DNA from: Octopus vulgaris
Lineage: Eukaryota
Direction: 5' to 3'
DNA: 64,000 nt
Assembly (NCBI GenBank): GCA_951406725.2
Contig: OX597828.1
Span: forward strand, 45,322,001-45,386,000
Every line of letters begins with the position of its first letter. Position 1 is the stretch's first letter. Positions 40,383-54,584 of this stretch are shown here, in pieces. Under the pieces are notes generated by a model. The model had not been told where the DNA came from. It did no database searches and saw only the letters and a program-made list of their open reading frames with translations. A program made the translations under genes and the position numbers.

Positions 40383-41536
40383 CACATACATACATAAACA
40401 CACATACACACACACTTACAGTGTAATGTCACACCTGATTATAAAGCTTCTGATCCTGGTCAACTTTGGGCTATCGCTAAGAGTTAACTGATTATTTCAA
40501 ATACGAATGAATATTTTAGAAAGGTCTAGAATACAAGACTTTCATTCTGGGACGTTAGAAGTGGTTATTGCTAAAGTGTTTAGAAGTGTTTATTGCACAC
40601 AAGTAAGAGAAGATGGACATTAATGAAGAAAAGCTTCTGTTTAAATGAAGACCATTAAAAATGGACGCTAAAAGAGGAGAAAGTCTTTCAAGGTACAGGC
40701 ATTAGAGATAGACATTAAGAGAGAATAAAAACGCATTCTCTTTTGATATCTATGTCAAATGTAGACATTTAAGGGAAAGCTAGATTATATCTAAATGATG
40801 GATGTTAAATATAAGATAATAAATGGACTCATTCAAAGATTGGACATTAAAAGATGGATGTTAAATGAACATGGATGATTCTCCCTAACATTAAAAGAGA
40901 TGTGATCTGAAAGAGATTTAGTTACCTTCTCTATCAATGTTAGTGGTTAACTATAGTAGAAGTTTTTTCGTTGTAGGCATGTCTCATTTCATTTATGTCA
41001 TTAAAAGATCTATCGCAAGGTTTCTGTCTAGCTTCAAACATTCTCGTGTAGAATTCGAATTTAAAACCATGGTCTACTTATATTTCCATAAAAGGCATGA
41101 ACACCTATGCAAATTTCTTTCAACTAATCTGTATTGGCTAGCATGTAACCATTAAAGCTTTAGACTGAAAGGAAAAGTTGTATAAACTCTGCTAAATTAT
41201 ATTTCTGAAGGTTCTTGAAGCATTGCTCAAAGTTATAAAATACTACAGTACTGAACCTCAAACAGAATCGACTTAGATGCTATACAAATCCCTGTCACTC
41301 AGTCCTCAGTTTCTTCTATTTGTTTTGCAGTACATGTTTTGTATGCCACGACTGGAAAGAGGTGCTGTAATACCAACTTACATATCTATATATATGCAAA
41401 TATCTTTCCAAGAAATTACTTGCCTACTTCTGTTTATAATCACAATGTACAATTATCACATTACAATATTAACTAAAACATTATTTCTGTCTTACACTGT
41501 AATAACTTTTAGATATCACATACACAATAACAGGGA

Positions 41537-41783
41537 AAAGCTCTACCTGCGACGATTTCATCTCAATCGAAGGAGAGGAGCTTTCTCCGTCCGGGTTGCG
41601 GATCCGTGGAACAAGCTGCCAGACGAGATGGTGAAGATGCCGACGACCGCTTTGTTCAAAGCCTCCCTGGACCTCAAGTGGCCTGAACTCTTTACATGAA
41701 CACCACCCTGTACTTAACTCCATGTCCCCCTACATGGCCTTGCTATTTGCTTTTGAGCCAAATTAACTAACTAACTAACTAAC
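41537..41783 (+). pseudogene. 3' end of a second CR1-clade LINE, (TAAC)n tail
   Basis: KLYLRRFHLNRRRGAFSVRVADPWNKLPDEMVKMPTTALFKASLD (CR1 FS.RV..WN.LP..FK..LD motif); abrupt GC shift. Confidence 0.9.
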
Positions 41784-42058
41784 ATGTATTTTATATATGT
41801 ACAATATAATTAATTCATTGTGTGTATATAAAATACAACTATTTGGACATTGAATTACTGCCATGCCGAAGAACTGCATTGTTTAGACAAACAAATTGAC
41901 CACAATGCTTATTTTTAGGCCTGGTGCTTATTCCACCATCACTTTTGCCAAACTGTTAAGTTAGAGGGAAGGAAACAAATCAACATTGAATGTCAAGAGG
42001 TTGTATGGGGGACAAGCACAAACACAAACACACATAAATGTCTTTCTATCTACATATA

Positions 42059-42136
<78 letters not shown>

Positions 42137-43201
42137 TGTAGTATATATATCATTACACAATGAGCTTCTTTCATTTTCCATCAACCAAACCATCTCTCAG
42201 GGCTTTGGTCAGCCCAAGGCTGTTGTAGAAAACCTTTACTCAAGATGCCACGCAGTGAGACTGAACCCAGAACCATATAGTCCATGGCCTTCTCTCAAAC
42301 TCAGAGCAGCCCTTGAGGAGAGAGGGCAAGTCACTGAGAAAATCATGAATAGCAACAAAAGGAATTTGACTAACAAACAATTGGTTAATTGTTTAACCAG
42401 CACATTAAACAAGCAATCAATTAGTCAGTGATAAGCTAATTTACCAACTGACTTACAATAAAGAAGTGATGTTGAGCCAAGGCATGTGTTTATTATTATT
42501 GCTCTTATGACCCTTCCAATGCACAACAAGATTTGTTTCAACACCCAAATTCACATCAAGAATCTTGCAAACCAAATACAAATATGAAATATCACAGACC
42601 TTATTGAATAAATCCAATAACCAATTTCTTGAGTCTGAAGAATTTGAGTTGGTCTTTAAGCATTGTTTTTTCTAATTAGATTTTTTTAATTAACAATTAA
42701 CTATCTATAATCTTGTGAAAGTAATCTAAATTTCAAAAATTCTGACCCCAAAAAGGTTCAGTGAATATTATATGGTATGGGGTTATTAACCCGTAGATTA
42801 TGAGTTCAATTTCTCAACAGGTTTTTCTTTTGTTTTTTTTTTTTTTTTCCTTTTCTGAATGGAGAGTTTTATATTTTTTGTCATTGGCACTTTTGAAAAT
42901 TATGGTTTTGGAATTGCATATTACACATTCTTAGCAAAAAACCACTGTAGATCCACATCCCACCTCGATGTTTCATTTAATGGAACATTACTTTGGTTTT
43001 TTGCAATGTCAGAATATGAATAATAAAGATATTGCAAAAGTGAGGTGTCAGCTGTCTTAAATGGCAATTAATTCCGTATCAGTTGATGCATCATCTGGGA
43101 ATATTATCAGACTGTCAGGTCTTTTACAGAGGAAGAAAAAGAAGGAGAGCAACAACAATACACCAAAATTATCACTTGATCTATTAGAAATATTAGCCAA
43201 A

Positions 43202-43617
43202 TAGGCGCAGGAGTGGCTGCGTGGTAAGTAGATTGTTAACCATCCACATGATTCCAGGTTCAGTCCCACTGCGTGGCATCTTGGGCAAGTGTCTTCTGCT
43301 ATAGCCCAGAGCCAACCAATGCCTAGTGAGTGGATTTGGTAGACGGAAACTGAAAGAAGCCTGTCGTATATATGTATATATATATATATAAGTGTGTGTG
43401 CATATGTTTGTGTGTCCCCCTAGCTTTGCTTGACAACCGATGCTGGTGTGTTTACGTCCCCGTCACTTAGTGGTTCGGCAAAAGAGACCGGTAGAATAAG
43501 TACTGGGCTTACAAAGAATAAGTCCTGGGGTCGAGTTGCTCGACTAAAGGCGGTGCTCCAGCATGGCCGCAGTCAAATGACTGAAACAAGTAAAAGAGTA
43601 AAAGAGTAAAAGAGTAA
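43202..43617 (+). mobile_element. SINE family A, full length
   Basis: Reference-like copy with (GAGTAAAA)n end. Confidence 0.95.
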
Positions 43618-44220
43618 ATCTCTGTTAAATAATATATCATAAAATATGACACACTATGTAACATTGACCTATACACTGCGCCTGGGAAATACTAGGTGAT
43701 GGCCATGGCTAGAGAAACTTTGGTTATAAGACTACCTGATTAGGGTAGATTTAGTGCTTTCCTAACAGTCAGAGAAATTTTGTAAATGACACCTACATAG
43801 AGTAGTTATGGTTGTCAAAATACCAGCTGGTCTTTGATTAAGCAGTTCTATGATTGAAGGCATTCCAGCTTTGACCATCCTGTCATTTTAGTGCTATGTA
43901 GTAATACCTTTGAGGCAGTAAAATCTTGATTTGAAAGAGATTTAGAAATTATTTTAGCAGCTAGAGAAAATTGTTCAGTGCAATGTTTTTGCTGGTTGCC
44001 GCAGAATAGTGAGAGCAAAAAGAAGAGAATTGTATGGATGCTGTGGGGAAGGGAAGGTCGAGTGGGGTGGGGTGGGGAAGCTGGATCTCCATCGTTTGAC
44101 GACGAGGACTCAGTTGTTCATTTGAGTGAATTACCTGCTCTTGAATTAATATATAGGCATCTGAAAATTCCACAAACAAATGTACCATTATTGTAAATCT
44201 CAGGTAGAATCAATGGAGTA

Positions 44221-44275
<55 letters not shown>

Positions 44276-44415
44276 ACAAGGCTGAACCTTTTTGATTTAC
44301 AGATAGAATCCACCGGACAGGCTTCACTATAGTTTCTGCTCCCTACGTCTGATTCCTCTCATTTTCAGCTATGCTATTAGCTTATTTAAACAATGCCATT
44401 AATACACTCAAACTT

Positions 44416-44758
44416 TAATACCTGGGCATTTAAACTGGTCAATATCTGGCCAAAATATTCTACCTGTCCACTCTGCAGAGTGGTTGATGCTAGGAAGGGC
44501 ATCCAACCATGAAAACCCTGCCAAAACAGACACAGAAGTCTAGTACAGATTCCTGCCTAGCCAGCTCTTGTTAAACCTATGCAACCCATGTCTTATGATC
44601 AAACTGACCAGATTCCATCTCTCACACCAACCCTACAATGTCATTCTGAAAATTAGCAATCACATCATCAAAATCGAAGCTATGAGATAAGGTACGGTTC
44701 ATTCAAAGCAATGTGATTAAGTAAGCATTTAAGAGTAATCTGAATGCTAAGGATTTAA
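44416..44758 (-). mobile_element. TTAA-flanked MITE containing an RTE 3' UTR fragment (44467-44590)
   Basis: Same family as 36139-37110. Confidence 0.7.
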
Positions 44759-45063
44759 ACATCCACTGGAACATGACCACCACTTTCTAAAAATCTTTGA
44801 ACATGGATGTTAAACGATGATAATGATGGTATATGTACATGTGTGTGTGTCTGCATGTGTGTATATAAATATATATATGTACATATGTGGATGAGGTCCG
44901 TCGATGTGCTTGTACATATATATTTCTCTTTCACATTTTATTTTTGTATTACAATGCTTCAAGTGAACTACTACACTCTCATATGGATATATATAGGTAT
45001 ATATATATATGTGTGTGTGTGTATATGTATGTAAGAATGTATGTATATATATATGTGTGTGTG

Positions 45064-45094
<31 letters not shown>

Positions 45095-45850
45095 GCATAT
45101 ATATGTGTATCAATCTCACTCTAAATATTATGTGTGTGTGTATACTTATGGATGTGTATATGTGTGTATATAAGTGCATGTATGTGTGTGTTATAGGAAT
45201 ATCATGGATAAATAAGAAAGTGCAAAGTAGACAGTGAAAGACAGAGAGAGAGAGAGAGAGAGAAAGAGAAAGAGCGAGGGACAGAAGGAGGGAAGAGGAG
45301 AGAGGGAAGGAGAGAGGGAGAGAGGGGGAGATAAATATAGATGCATAGAAATAGAAAAAAGAAAGTGAATTCTAACACAAAAGGGAAAGAGAGACAAACA
45401 AATGCGTGAAAAATGAAAAGAAGCGATTAGAAGAGATTAAACGAAAAATAGAGAAAAAGATGAGAAGAGATGAGAAGGCGATAAGAAAGAGACGGACAAA
45501 TAAACCTTGAAAGTTTAAATCTTTTCTCCTCTTTTTTTTATATTCTGTATTGATTTGATAGTTACACTGCGGACATTTAGTATGAAGTGATGTAAAATAG
45601 CTGAAAGAGAGCTGGTAGGTGTGATATTATTATTTAGAGAACGAATAAACAGAATGATTGAATGAGTGTGGGGAGGGGGGTGATAGAATGAAGGGAATGA
45701 GAGAATGAGAGAATGAGGAGTGTGATAGGATATAAAGGGGAATGATGGAATGAGGGGATTGATAGACTGAACGGAGTGATAGAATAAGACAAGTGAGAGA
45801 ATGTATGTATATACACCTATCTGTCTGCCTGTCTGTCAGTCTATCTATCC

Positions 45851-45956
<106 letters not shown>

Positions 45957-45964
45957 TCAAACTT

Positions 45965-46195
45965 TCTCTTTACTCTCTCTTTTACTCTTTTACTTGTTTT
46001 AGTCATTTGACTGCGGCCATGCTGGAGCACCGCCTTTAGTCGAGCAAATCGACCCCAGGACTTATTCTTTGTAAGCCCAGTACTTATTCTATCGGTCTCT
46101 TTTGCTGAACTGCTAAGTGACAGGGATGTAAACACACCAGCATCGGTTGTCAAGCAATGCTAGGGGGACAAACACAGACACACAACATCCCCCCC

Positions 46196-46232
<37 letters not shown>

Positions 46233-46399
46233 TTATGACAGGCTTCTTTCAGTTTCCATCTACCAAATCCACTCACAAGGCTTCAGTTGGGCCTGAGGCT
46301 ATAGTGGAAGACACTTGCCCAAGGTGCCACGCAATGGGACTGAACCTGGAATCATGTGGTTGGGAAGCAAGCTTCTTACTACACAGCCATGCCTCTGCC
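45965..46399 (-). mobile_element. SINE family A, full length
   Basis: Matches family A. Confidence 0.93.
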
Positions 46400-47039
46400 A
46401 ATTTATGAAAACTTTACAAGGGAATGTTTAACGGCATCTCCAAAGTTTCACCTTGAACTAATTTTTAGAGTTATGCTAAATGGTTTTCATATATAACTTG
46501 ACATAAAAAGAAATATTAATTTGCACACAGATTTTTATATATGAATATATCATCATCATCATCATCATCATCGTTTAGCGTCCGTTTTCCATGCTAGCAT
46601 GGGTTGGACTATATATATATATATATACTTGTAGTTCATTTAAACTACCTTTTAACAGTTCTAACAAATGTATAAGACACTGCATGAGGACTCAGCTCTG
46701 CTTGCACATTTACTTATAGCAAAAACAGCTGTAAGCTAATGAAAATGGTTACATAACTTCTGTTATTGTTTCATTGATTAATATTTTATTATTTTGTTGT
46801 TTTAGTATCTACATTTCCGTGCCTGCATATTGTTACCATAATTATCGTTAACATCAACATCATCATCTTCATCGTTGTCGTCGTTGTCGTAGTCATCATC
46901 GTCATACATCTACTTTTCTGTGATGGCATGAGTCAGAAGGATATTGATGAATCAGAATTTCCATGTCCGGATACACTACTAAACGTCAACTTTCATCTGT
47001 TTCCAAGTAATTTTAATATTCTCTTTAAATTTCAACTTA

Positions 47040-47500
47040 AACCTCTCCCCAACAAAAGTGCACAAGGCCAGTACTTATGGGGGAGATTTAAGTTGATTGA
47101 CTCAACCACACTGCTCAACTGTCATAGTACTGATTTCATCGACTTCAAAAATACAGAAGACAAAAGTCAACCTTGGCAAGATTTGAACTCAGAACATCAT
47201 GACAAAATATTGCATAAGACTTTGCCCAGTGTCTTAATGATTCTGCCAGCATCCCAATTTTGTATGTCATTCTCGGGTAGGGGCCATGATAATGTTCTCT
47301 GTAAAGGCCTCAAAAGTGTTGGTGTCATGATGGAAACATCCTGTACACTTTGTGAAGTGGTCAGCATTAGGAAGGGCAGCATCCTGCTGTAGAAACCATG
47401 CCAAAGCTGACGTAAGACATTGGCACAGCCCACACATTCATCTGCTGTGGGCATATTGTCCAACCCATGCTAGCATGGAGAAATGGATATTAAATGAAGA
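47040..47500. mobile_element. Old SINE family D copy (-) followed by an RTE 3' UTR fragment (+)
   Basis: AAAGTCAACCTTGGCAAGATTTGAACTCAGAAC; AGGAAGGGCA..CAACCCATGCTAGCATGG. Confidence 0.75.
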
Positions 47501-47577
47501 CAAATACAACTTATCTCTACCTCACACTCACACTCTCTATATACACAGACACACAGACACACACACATCTTGTGTCT

Positions 47578-47821
47578 TTCTTTTGTTTCAGTCATCGGAT
47601 TGTGGGCCATGCTTGGACAGCACCTTGAAGAATTTTTAGTTAAACTAATCAATCTTGGTACTTATTCTATCGGTATCTTTTGCTGAACCACTAAGTTGCA
47701 AGGATGTAATTTAGTGGTGGTGGTGGTGGGGGAGAGGGACACACACAGATACAAAGACACACACACACACATATTTAAGTATGATGTGTGTGTGTGTGTG
47801 TGTTTATATATATATATATAT

Positions 47822-47909
<88 letters not shown>

Positions 47910-48208
47910 TCTTTTATTCTTTTACTTGTGTCAGTCATTTTGATTGGTGCCATGCTAGAGCACCCCATTTAGCCGAACAAATCGATCCCAGGACTTATTC
48001 TTTGTAAACCTAGTACTTATTCTATTGGTCTCTTTTGCCAAACCACTAAGTTATGTGGAAGTAAACACACCAACACTGGATGTTAAGTGATGGTGGAGGT
48101 GACAAACACAGACACACAAACATATACATACATATATATATATTTTTATATAAATATGTATATATCTATATATATATATAATGTGTATGTGTATATATAT
48201 ATAATATA

Positions 48209-48278
<70 letters not shown>

Positions 48279-48440
48279 ATGGACTGCTTTCAGGTTCCGT
48301 CTACAAAATCCACTCACAAAGTTTTGGTCAGCCCAAGGCTATAGCAGAAGACACTTGCCCAAGGTGCCACCACACGCTGGGACTGAAACTGCAGCCATGA
48401 GATTGGGAACCAGACTTCTGATCGCACAGCAAAGCCTATT
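47578..48440 (-). mobile_element. Two family-A SINEs (old 3' half plus a more complete copy from about 47910)
   Basis: Two tail motifs, one head. Confidence 0.82.
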
Positions 48441-48628
48441 CATAGACAGAAAATGATTAATTGTAAAAGTTGTAGAGAGAAAAGGAGAAAGAGAGAGGAA
48501 AGAGCAAGATTAAAGGAAGAATAAGAGGAAAAATGTAGATTTTTTTTTCTCTCTTCTGACAAATCGTATTGTTTATAAATACATCACATCTACATTTACT
48601 TATGCTGCAATCTCAGCTAAAACTCAGA

Positions 48629-48629
<1 letters not shown>

Positions 48630-48664
<35 letters not shown>

Positions 48665-49041
48665 ACGAGTGTGCCTAGGTGTAGATATCTATCTCTCTCT
48701 CTCTCACTCTCTCCCTCTCTCTCACTCTCTCTCTATATATGTGTGTGTTTGTGTGTGTGTGTGTGTGTCTGTGTGAATATTGGTTGTGTGTATATGTGAC
48801 TGTCTATGCATGTGTTTGTGGGTGTCCACGAGTGTGCCTAGGTGTAGATATCTATCTCTCTCTCTCTCACTCTCTCCCTCTCTCTCACACTCTCTCTATA
48901 TATGTGTGTGTTTGTGTGTGTGTGTGTGTGTCTGTGTGAATATTGGTTGTGTGTTTATGTGACTGTATATGCGTGTGTTTGTGTGCGTCCATGAGTGCGC
49001 CTATGCGTAGATATCTATCTCCCTCTCTCTCTCTCACTCTC

Positions 49042-49072
<31 letters not shown>

Positions 49073-49075
49073 AAG
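48630..49075. repeat. Approx. 163-bp tandem repeat (about 2.6 units) built from microsatellites
   Basis: GTCCACGAGTGTGCCTAGGTGTAGATATCTATC at 48661, 48824 and a variant at 48987. Confidence 0.92.
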
Positions 49076-49304
49076 TATGTATATATTGATATTTCAATAT
49101 ATATGTATATATATGCAAACACAGATATCAAGACAAATAAATAGATTTTTTTGTCTCAGATAAGTTGCTGTTGTTAAATGTATATATGTGTGTGTGTGTG
49201 TGTGGATGTGTATACAATCAAGTGTGTGTACATATGTGCGTATGTACATATATATGTGTATATATGCATAGCTAGGTAGAAAATATAGATAGGTACATAT
49301 ATGT

Positions 49305-49525
49305 ATTCTTTCTACTCTAGGCACAAGGTCTGAAATCTTTTGGGGAGTAGCGGGGTCCAGTCGATTTCATCGACCCCAGTATACAACTGGTACTTTATAT
49401 ATTCACTCCGAAAGGATGAAAAGCAAAGTCGACCTCGTTGAAATTTGAACTTAGAACGTAACGACAGATGAAATACCGCTAAGCATTTCGCCCAGTATGC
49501 TAACGTTTCTGCCTGCTCGCTGCTT
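49305..49525 (-). mobile_element. SINE family D
   Basis: Matches family D with the GTGCCTAGAGTAGAAAGAAT tail. Confidence 0.9.
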
Positions 49526-50964
49526 TGGTAGACTCATATATTAACATCACCATCATCATCCCCATCATCACCATCATCATCATCACCACCATCACCACCA
49601 TCATCATTTTCGTCATCAATTTATAGATGTTTCCTCATACTTGTATGAGCTGGATGGTGTTTTATCCACAATACCCCTACCCACACCTTGCACTCCCTTG
49701 TCATCTCCTTTGAGACGTAAATAATCCCGATTTCAGTTTACATACACACATTTATATATACACACACATATATACACACACACACATAGACACATACATA
49801 CACACTTACACGTTAGCACACATACATGCACACCGTCATACATACACACATACATGCAGATATATACACATACATACACGCATATACATACACACATACA
49901 CACCTACATACATACATATATACACATATATACATACATGCACGCACATACATACACGCACATACATACACACATAATACACACATATATATATACACTC
50001 ATACATGCATACACACAAATGCATACACACATACATACAGACATACATACAGACATACATATGTACCTATCTTGTATTCTTTAGTCGTCTGGTGGACTGA
50101 CATGGAAGGATTTTGTCAAATGAATTATCACCATCATTAGTTGTATTAAGCTTGGTCCTTATTTTATTGGCTTGTCATGCCGAATCGCTTAGTTATGGTG
50201 ACACAAACAAACCAGCACCAGTTGTCATGCAGTGGTGTGTAACACACACACATACACACACATACACACACACACACACCCCGTGGGTGCATGCACCCGT
50301 GATGGATTTCTTTTAGTTTCCATCTACCAAATCTACTGACAAGGCTTTTGTTCGACCCATGGCTATAATTGAAGATACTTGCCAAAAGTGAATGTATACG
50401 GAAACAAGGACGAAAAAAGAGGAGAACTGGTACATAAGTACAAATACAAATAACAGGACATTAACAACAGGTGTCTTTCGACTAAGGACGAATTAAATTA
50501 AGCTGGTGTGTGTGGAAGTGAAGCCTTGCGTATATGTGTATATATATGTATATATATATTCGCTATTTCTAGCATGTAAAAATTACCTAATAAAGGGTAG
50601 TTTTCTTTTGTGTTTAATTGTACACTATTTAAAAATATATATATAGATATAATAATTATTTGAGGGAATAAAATCCAAACTTACAAAGAAAAAGAATTAT
50701 ATATATATATATAACCAGCCAGGATCCCTGGTCTGGTGGTACGTAAAAAGCACTATCCAGCGTGGGATCACCACCATCCCCTGCCGGAGCCTCGTGGAGC
50801 TTTTAGGTGTTTTCGCTCAATAAACACACACAACGCCCGGTCTGGGCCGTGCCGAGATCCTACGACCGCAAGTCCGCTGCCCTAACCACTGGGCCATTGC
50901 GCCTCCATATAGATATAATAATTATTTGAGGGAATAAAATCCAAACTTACAAAGAAAAAGAATT

Positions 50965-51054
<90 letters not shown>

Positions 51055-51094
51055 CATACATATATATATTACACATATGCATATGCAATAACAA

Positions 51095-51382
51095 ATGACC
51101 GAGACATTTGGCATTATGTTGTGCTTGTACTTAGCAAGCAAAGTAAAATCACAGTTGTGGAAGATACTGGTGTCATGCAAATGGCACCTGTGCCAGTGGC
51201 ATGTAAAAGCACCCATTACACTCTCAGAATGGTTGGTTTTAGGAAGGGCATCCAGCTGTAAGAACCATGCCAAATCAGGCTGCAGTCTGGTGCAGACTTC
51301 AAGCATGCGAGTCCTAGTCAAAACGTCCAACCCATGCCAGCATGGACAACAGGTATTAACTGATGAGGATGATGATGATGAT
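51095..51382 (+). mobile_element. RTE LINE ORF end ([10 protein letters not shown]) plus complete 3' UTR
   Basis: Links the coding remnant at 8530-8816 to the 3' UTR family at 57460-57812. Confidence 0.8.
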
Positions 51383-51684
51383 ATATATAAACATAAACAC
51401 ACAAACCCCTCCACATATATGTATCAATATATATATCATATATATATATATAAACATATATATATATATGTGTGTGCGTGTTATATGTTTATATATATAT
51501 ATATATATATATATAGATATGTACATAACTATCTATCTATCTATCTCTCTCTCTCTATATATATATATAAGGTGATATATATGCTTATATATATATGCAT
51601 ATATATATGTATATATATATATGTATATATGTATATATATACACATATATATATGTATATATATAAACACACACACACACACAC

Positions 51685-51779
<95 letters not shown>

Positions 51780-51789
51780 TGTATATAGC

Positions 51790-51960
51790 TATGGCGGACT
51801 CCTTTCCTTCGGTTTCGATCTACCAAATCCACTCACAAGGCTTTGGTCGGACCGAGGTTATGGTAGAAGACACTTACCCAAGGTGCCATGCAGAGGGACT
51901 GAACCATAAACCATGTGGGTAGGAAGCAAGCTTCTTACCACACAGCTGCACCTATGCCTA
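51790..51960 (-). mobile_element. SINE family A, 5' half
   Basis: Matches family A. Confidence 0.82.
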
Positions 51961-52089
51961 TATGTTCATAAAATCATGAGTAACTGTTTCTCCTGTATTT
52001 CCTTTTACCAAAAGCCAGGAACTTTACAGTGCCCCATCACATGCGCATGTGTGTGTATATATATATATATAAATACATACACATATATA

Positions 52090-52401
52090 TCACCGTGATC
52101 ACTGTGACCGACCAGGCTATCAGATGTTGTTACACATCGCTGGTCACAATGCGCTTCGCATTGTTTTAGCCTTCAAATGACGCCACCCCTCTGGCTAAGC
52201 AAGCAGGACAACAGAAGAAAGAGTGAGAGAAAGTTGTGGCGAGAGTGTACAGCAGGGATAGCCACCACCCCCTGCCGGAGCCTCGTGGAGCTTTAGGTGT
52301 TTTCGCTCAATAAACATGCACAACAGCCGGTCTGGGAATCGAAACCGCGGTCCCATGACCGCGAGTCCGCTGCCCTAACCGCTGGACCACTGCGACTCCA
52401 C
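52090..52401 (-). mobile_element. SINE head family B with a fourth tail type
   Basis: Family-B head; tail GGTGGCGTCATTTGAAGGCTAAAACAATGCG..TGGTCGGTCAC also found alone at 62345-62461. Confidence 0.88.
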
Positions 52402-52407
52402 TTATAG

Positions 52408-52438
<31 letters not shown>

Positions 52439-52496
52439 CACCTAAAGCTCCATGAGGCTCTGGCCAAGGGTGGTGGTGCACCCTGCTGTACTCCCA

Positions 52497-52567
<71 letters not shown>

Positions 52568-52909
52568 CATATATATATACATACATACATATATACATAT
52601 ATACATATATAAATATATACATATATATATATATATACACACATATGTATATATATGGTGGAGATAAAGATAAAGATGAGAGAAGGAGAAAGTGAGATGC
52701 AGTGAGTATTATTTGCCTAGCGACTTCCTTTCCATTGTTATAGCTGTAGTCTTTTAGCTGTAATACTATATTATGGCTGTTATACCATCTCTCATTGTTG
52801 TTGTTGTTGATATATTCACCCTTCAAAATGCTGTCCATGGCTATTTTAATATGGCAATGACATGCTGTAAGAACAGTTTAGCGATATACACATTGCACTA
52901 TGTTTCAGT

Positions 52910-52953
<44 letters not shown>

Positions 52954-52975
52954 TGTATATATATATGTATGTATG

Positions 52976-53026
<51 letters not shown>

Positions 53027-53109
53027 ATGTATGTATATATATATATATGTATATATATATGTATATATATATATATAGATATGTATGTATGTATATATAT
53101 ATATATATA

Positions 53110-53537
53110 CTCTGTACTCTGTACTCTTTACTCTTTTACTCTTTTACTTGTTTCAGTCATTTGACTGCGGCCATGCTGGAGCGCCACCTCTAAGTCAAGC
53201 AATTAACCCCAGGACTTATTCTTTGTAAGCCTATTACTATCTGTCTCTTTTGCCAAACCGCTAAGTTACGGGGACGTAGACACACCACCATCGGTTGTCA
53301 AGCTATGTTGGGGGGACAAACACAGACACACAAACACACACACACACACATATATGCACATACATATATATACGACAGGCTTCTTTCAGTTTCTGTCTAC
53401 CGAATCCACTCACAAGGCTTTGGTTGGCCCCAGGCTATAGTAGAAGGCACTTGCCCAAGGTGACATGCAGTGGGACTGAACCTGGAACCATGTGGTTGGT
53501 AAGCAAGCTACTTACCACATAGCCACTCCTGCACCTC
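53110..53537 (-). mobile_element. SINE family A, full length
   Basis: Matches family A. Confidence 0.92.
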
Positions 53538-53574
53538 ATATATATATGTGTGTGTGTGTGTACATATATATATA

Positions 53575-53778
53575 TGTGACCGCGTGTGTATCACTGGCAA
53601 ATTTTTTCCTCCTTCTTCCCTTCCTTGGATCTTTCTTTTTTCTATGTTTCTGACAAAGAGCTCTGCTCAAAACGTTAAATCCTCCTTCCTTCTTTCCTTT
53701 CCTGAGCCTCCAATAACACTATACTTGTTCCATGTCCTCGCGTTGTTGTGCTTTCTCTTTGTGTTTTCATGTTTGAAT

Positions 53779-53782
<4 letters not shown>
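53575..53782 (+). mobile_element. Penelope-like pseudo-LTR with decayed hammerhead (53646-53680)
   Basis: GTTT CTGACAA a GAGC tct GCTC AAAAC GTT AAAT; second copy at 60660-60870 (-); ends at (TA)n. Confidence 0.65.
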
Positions 53783-53821
<39 letters not shown>

Positions 53822-53888
53822 CAAAGGAACATATTCTCATGTGCATGCACACACACATACACACATGAGCATACACATGCACACACAT

Positions 53889-53923
<35 letters not shown>

Positions 53924-54192
53924 AACACACATTCATACATGCACACATTCATACATGCACACAAACTCACACACACATGCACAGTCACACACACGCACAG
54001 TCACACACACGCGTGCGCACATACACACAAGTATGTTTGTATGTATATATATGTGTGTTTGTATATGAATGTTTGTATGTGTGTGTATTTATGTACATAG
54101 TCAGAGTTGTGGTGGTGGTGGTGGTGGAGGTGGAGGTAATGATGACAATTATTATAACGATAACGATGATAATGATAATGATGATAATGATA

Positions 54193-54238
<46 letters not shown>

Positions 54239-54584
54239 AATGAAACAGCAGATATTGAACAGCGACTCAAAAATGTAACATCGTTAACAGCTTTTGCTAT
54301 TGTTGTTGTGGTTGTTACTGTTCTTTTTTATCTCCATGTCACTGGGCCATTTGAGTTGACACGCAGTCAAAATATTATCAATCTGATATTCCATTCATTC
54401 CTAGACTGCCTTATCTTGTGCAGTCATTCTCAACCAGGGACCATATGGCACTTGGGGGAGGGTCCACACAAGATTTTGTCGTTAAAACTTATCTGCAATA
54501 AACTGGTTATATTTCTTCAATTCACGAAATATTTAAACATTTTTTTGATACCAGTTCCTAATAATGTCTTCATCATCATTATCA

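Noticed and set aside
40990-41535. Possible ancient L2/Crack LINE remnant and the 140-aa ORF 41277-41699 as one gene
   Set aside because: Only the last 53 or so codons are clearly CR1; the upstream similarity is too faint to support.
43177-43965. Old foldback element with AGAAATA..AGCCAAATCTC-like ends (also 55865-56145)
   Set aside because: Terminal similarity is too degenerate to define boundaries or class by eye.
46928-47392. 154-aa non-repetitive-looking ORF
   Set aside because: Runs across an antisense family-D SINE and an RTE 3' UTR fragment; a chance open frame.
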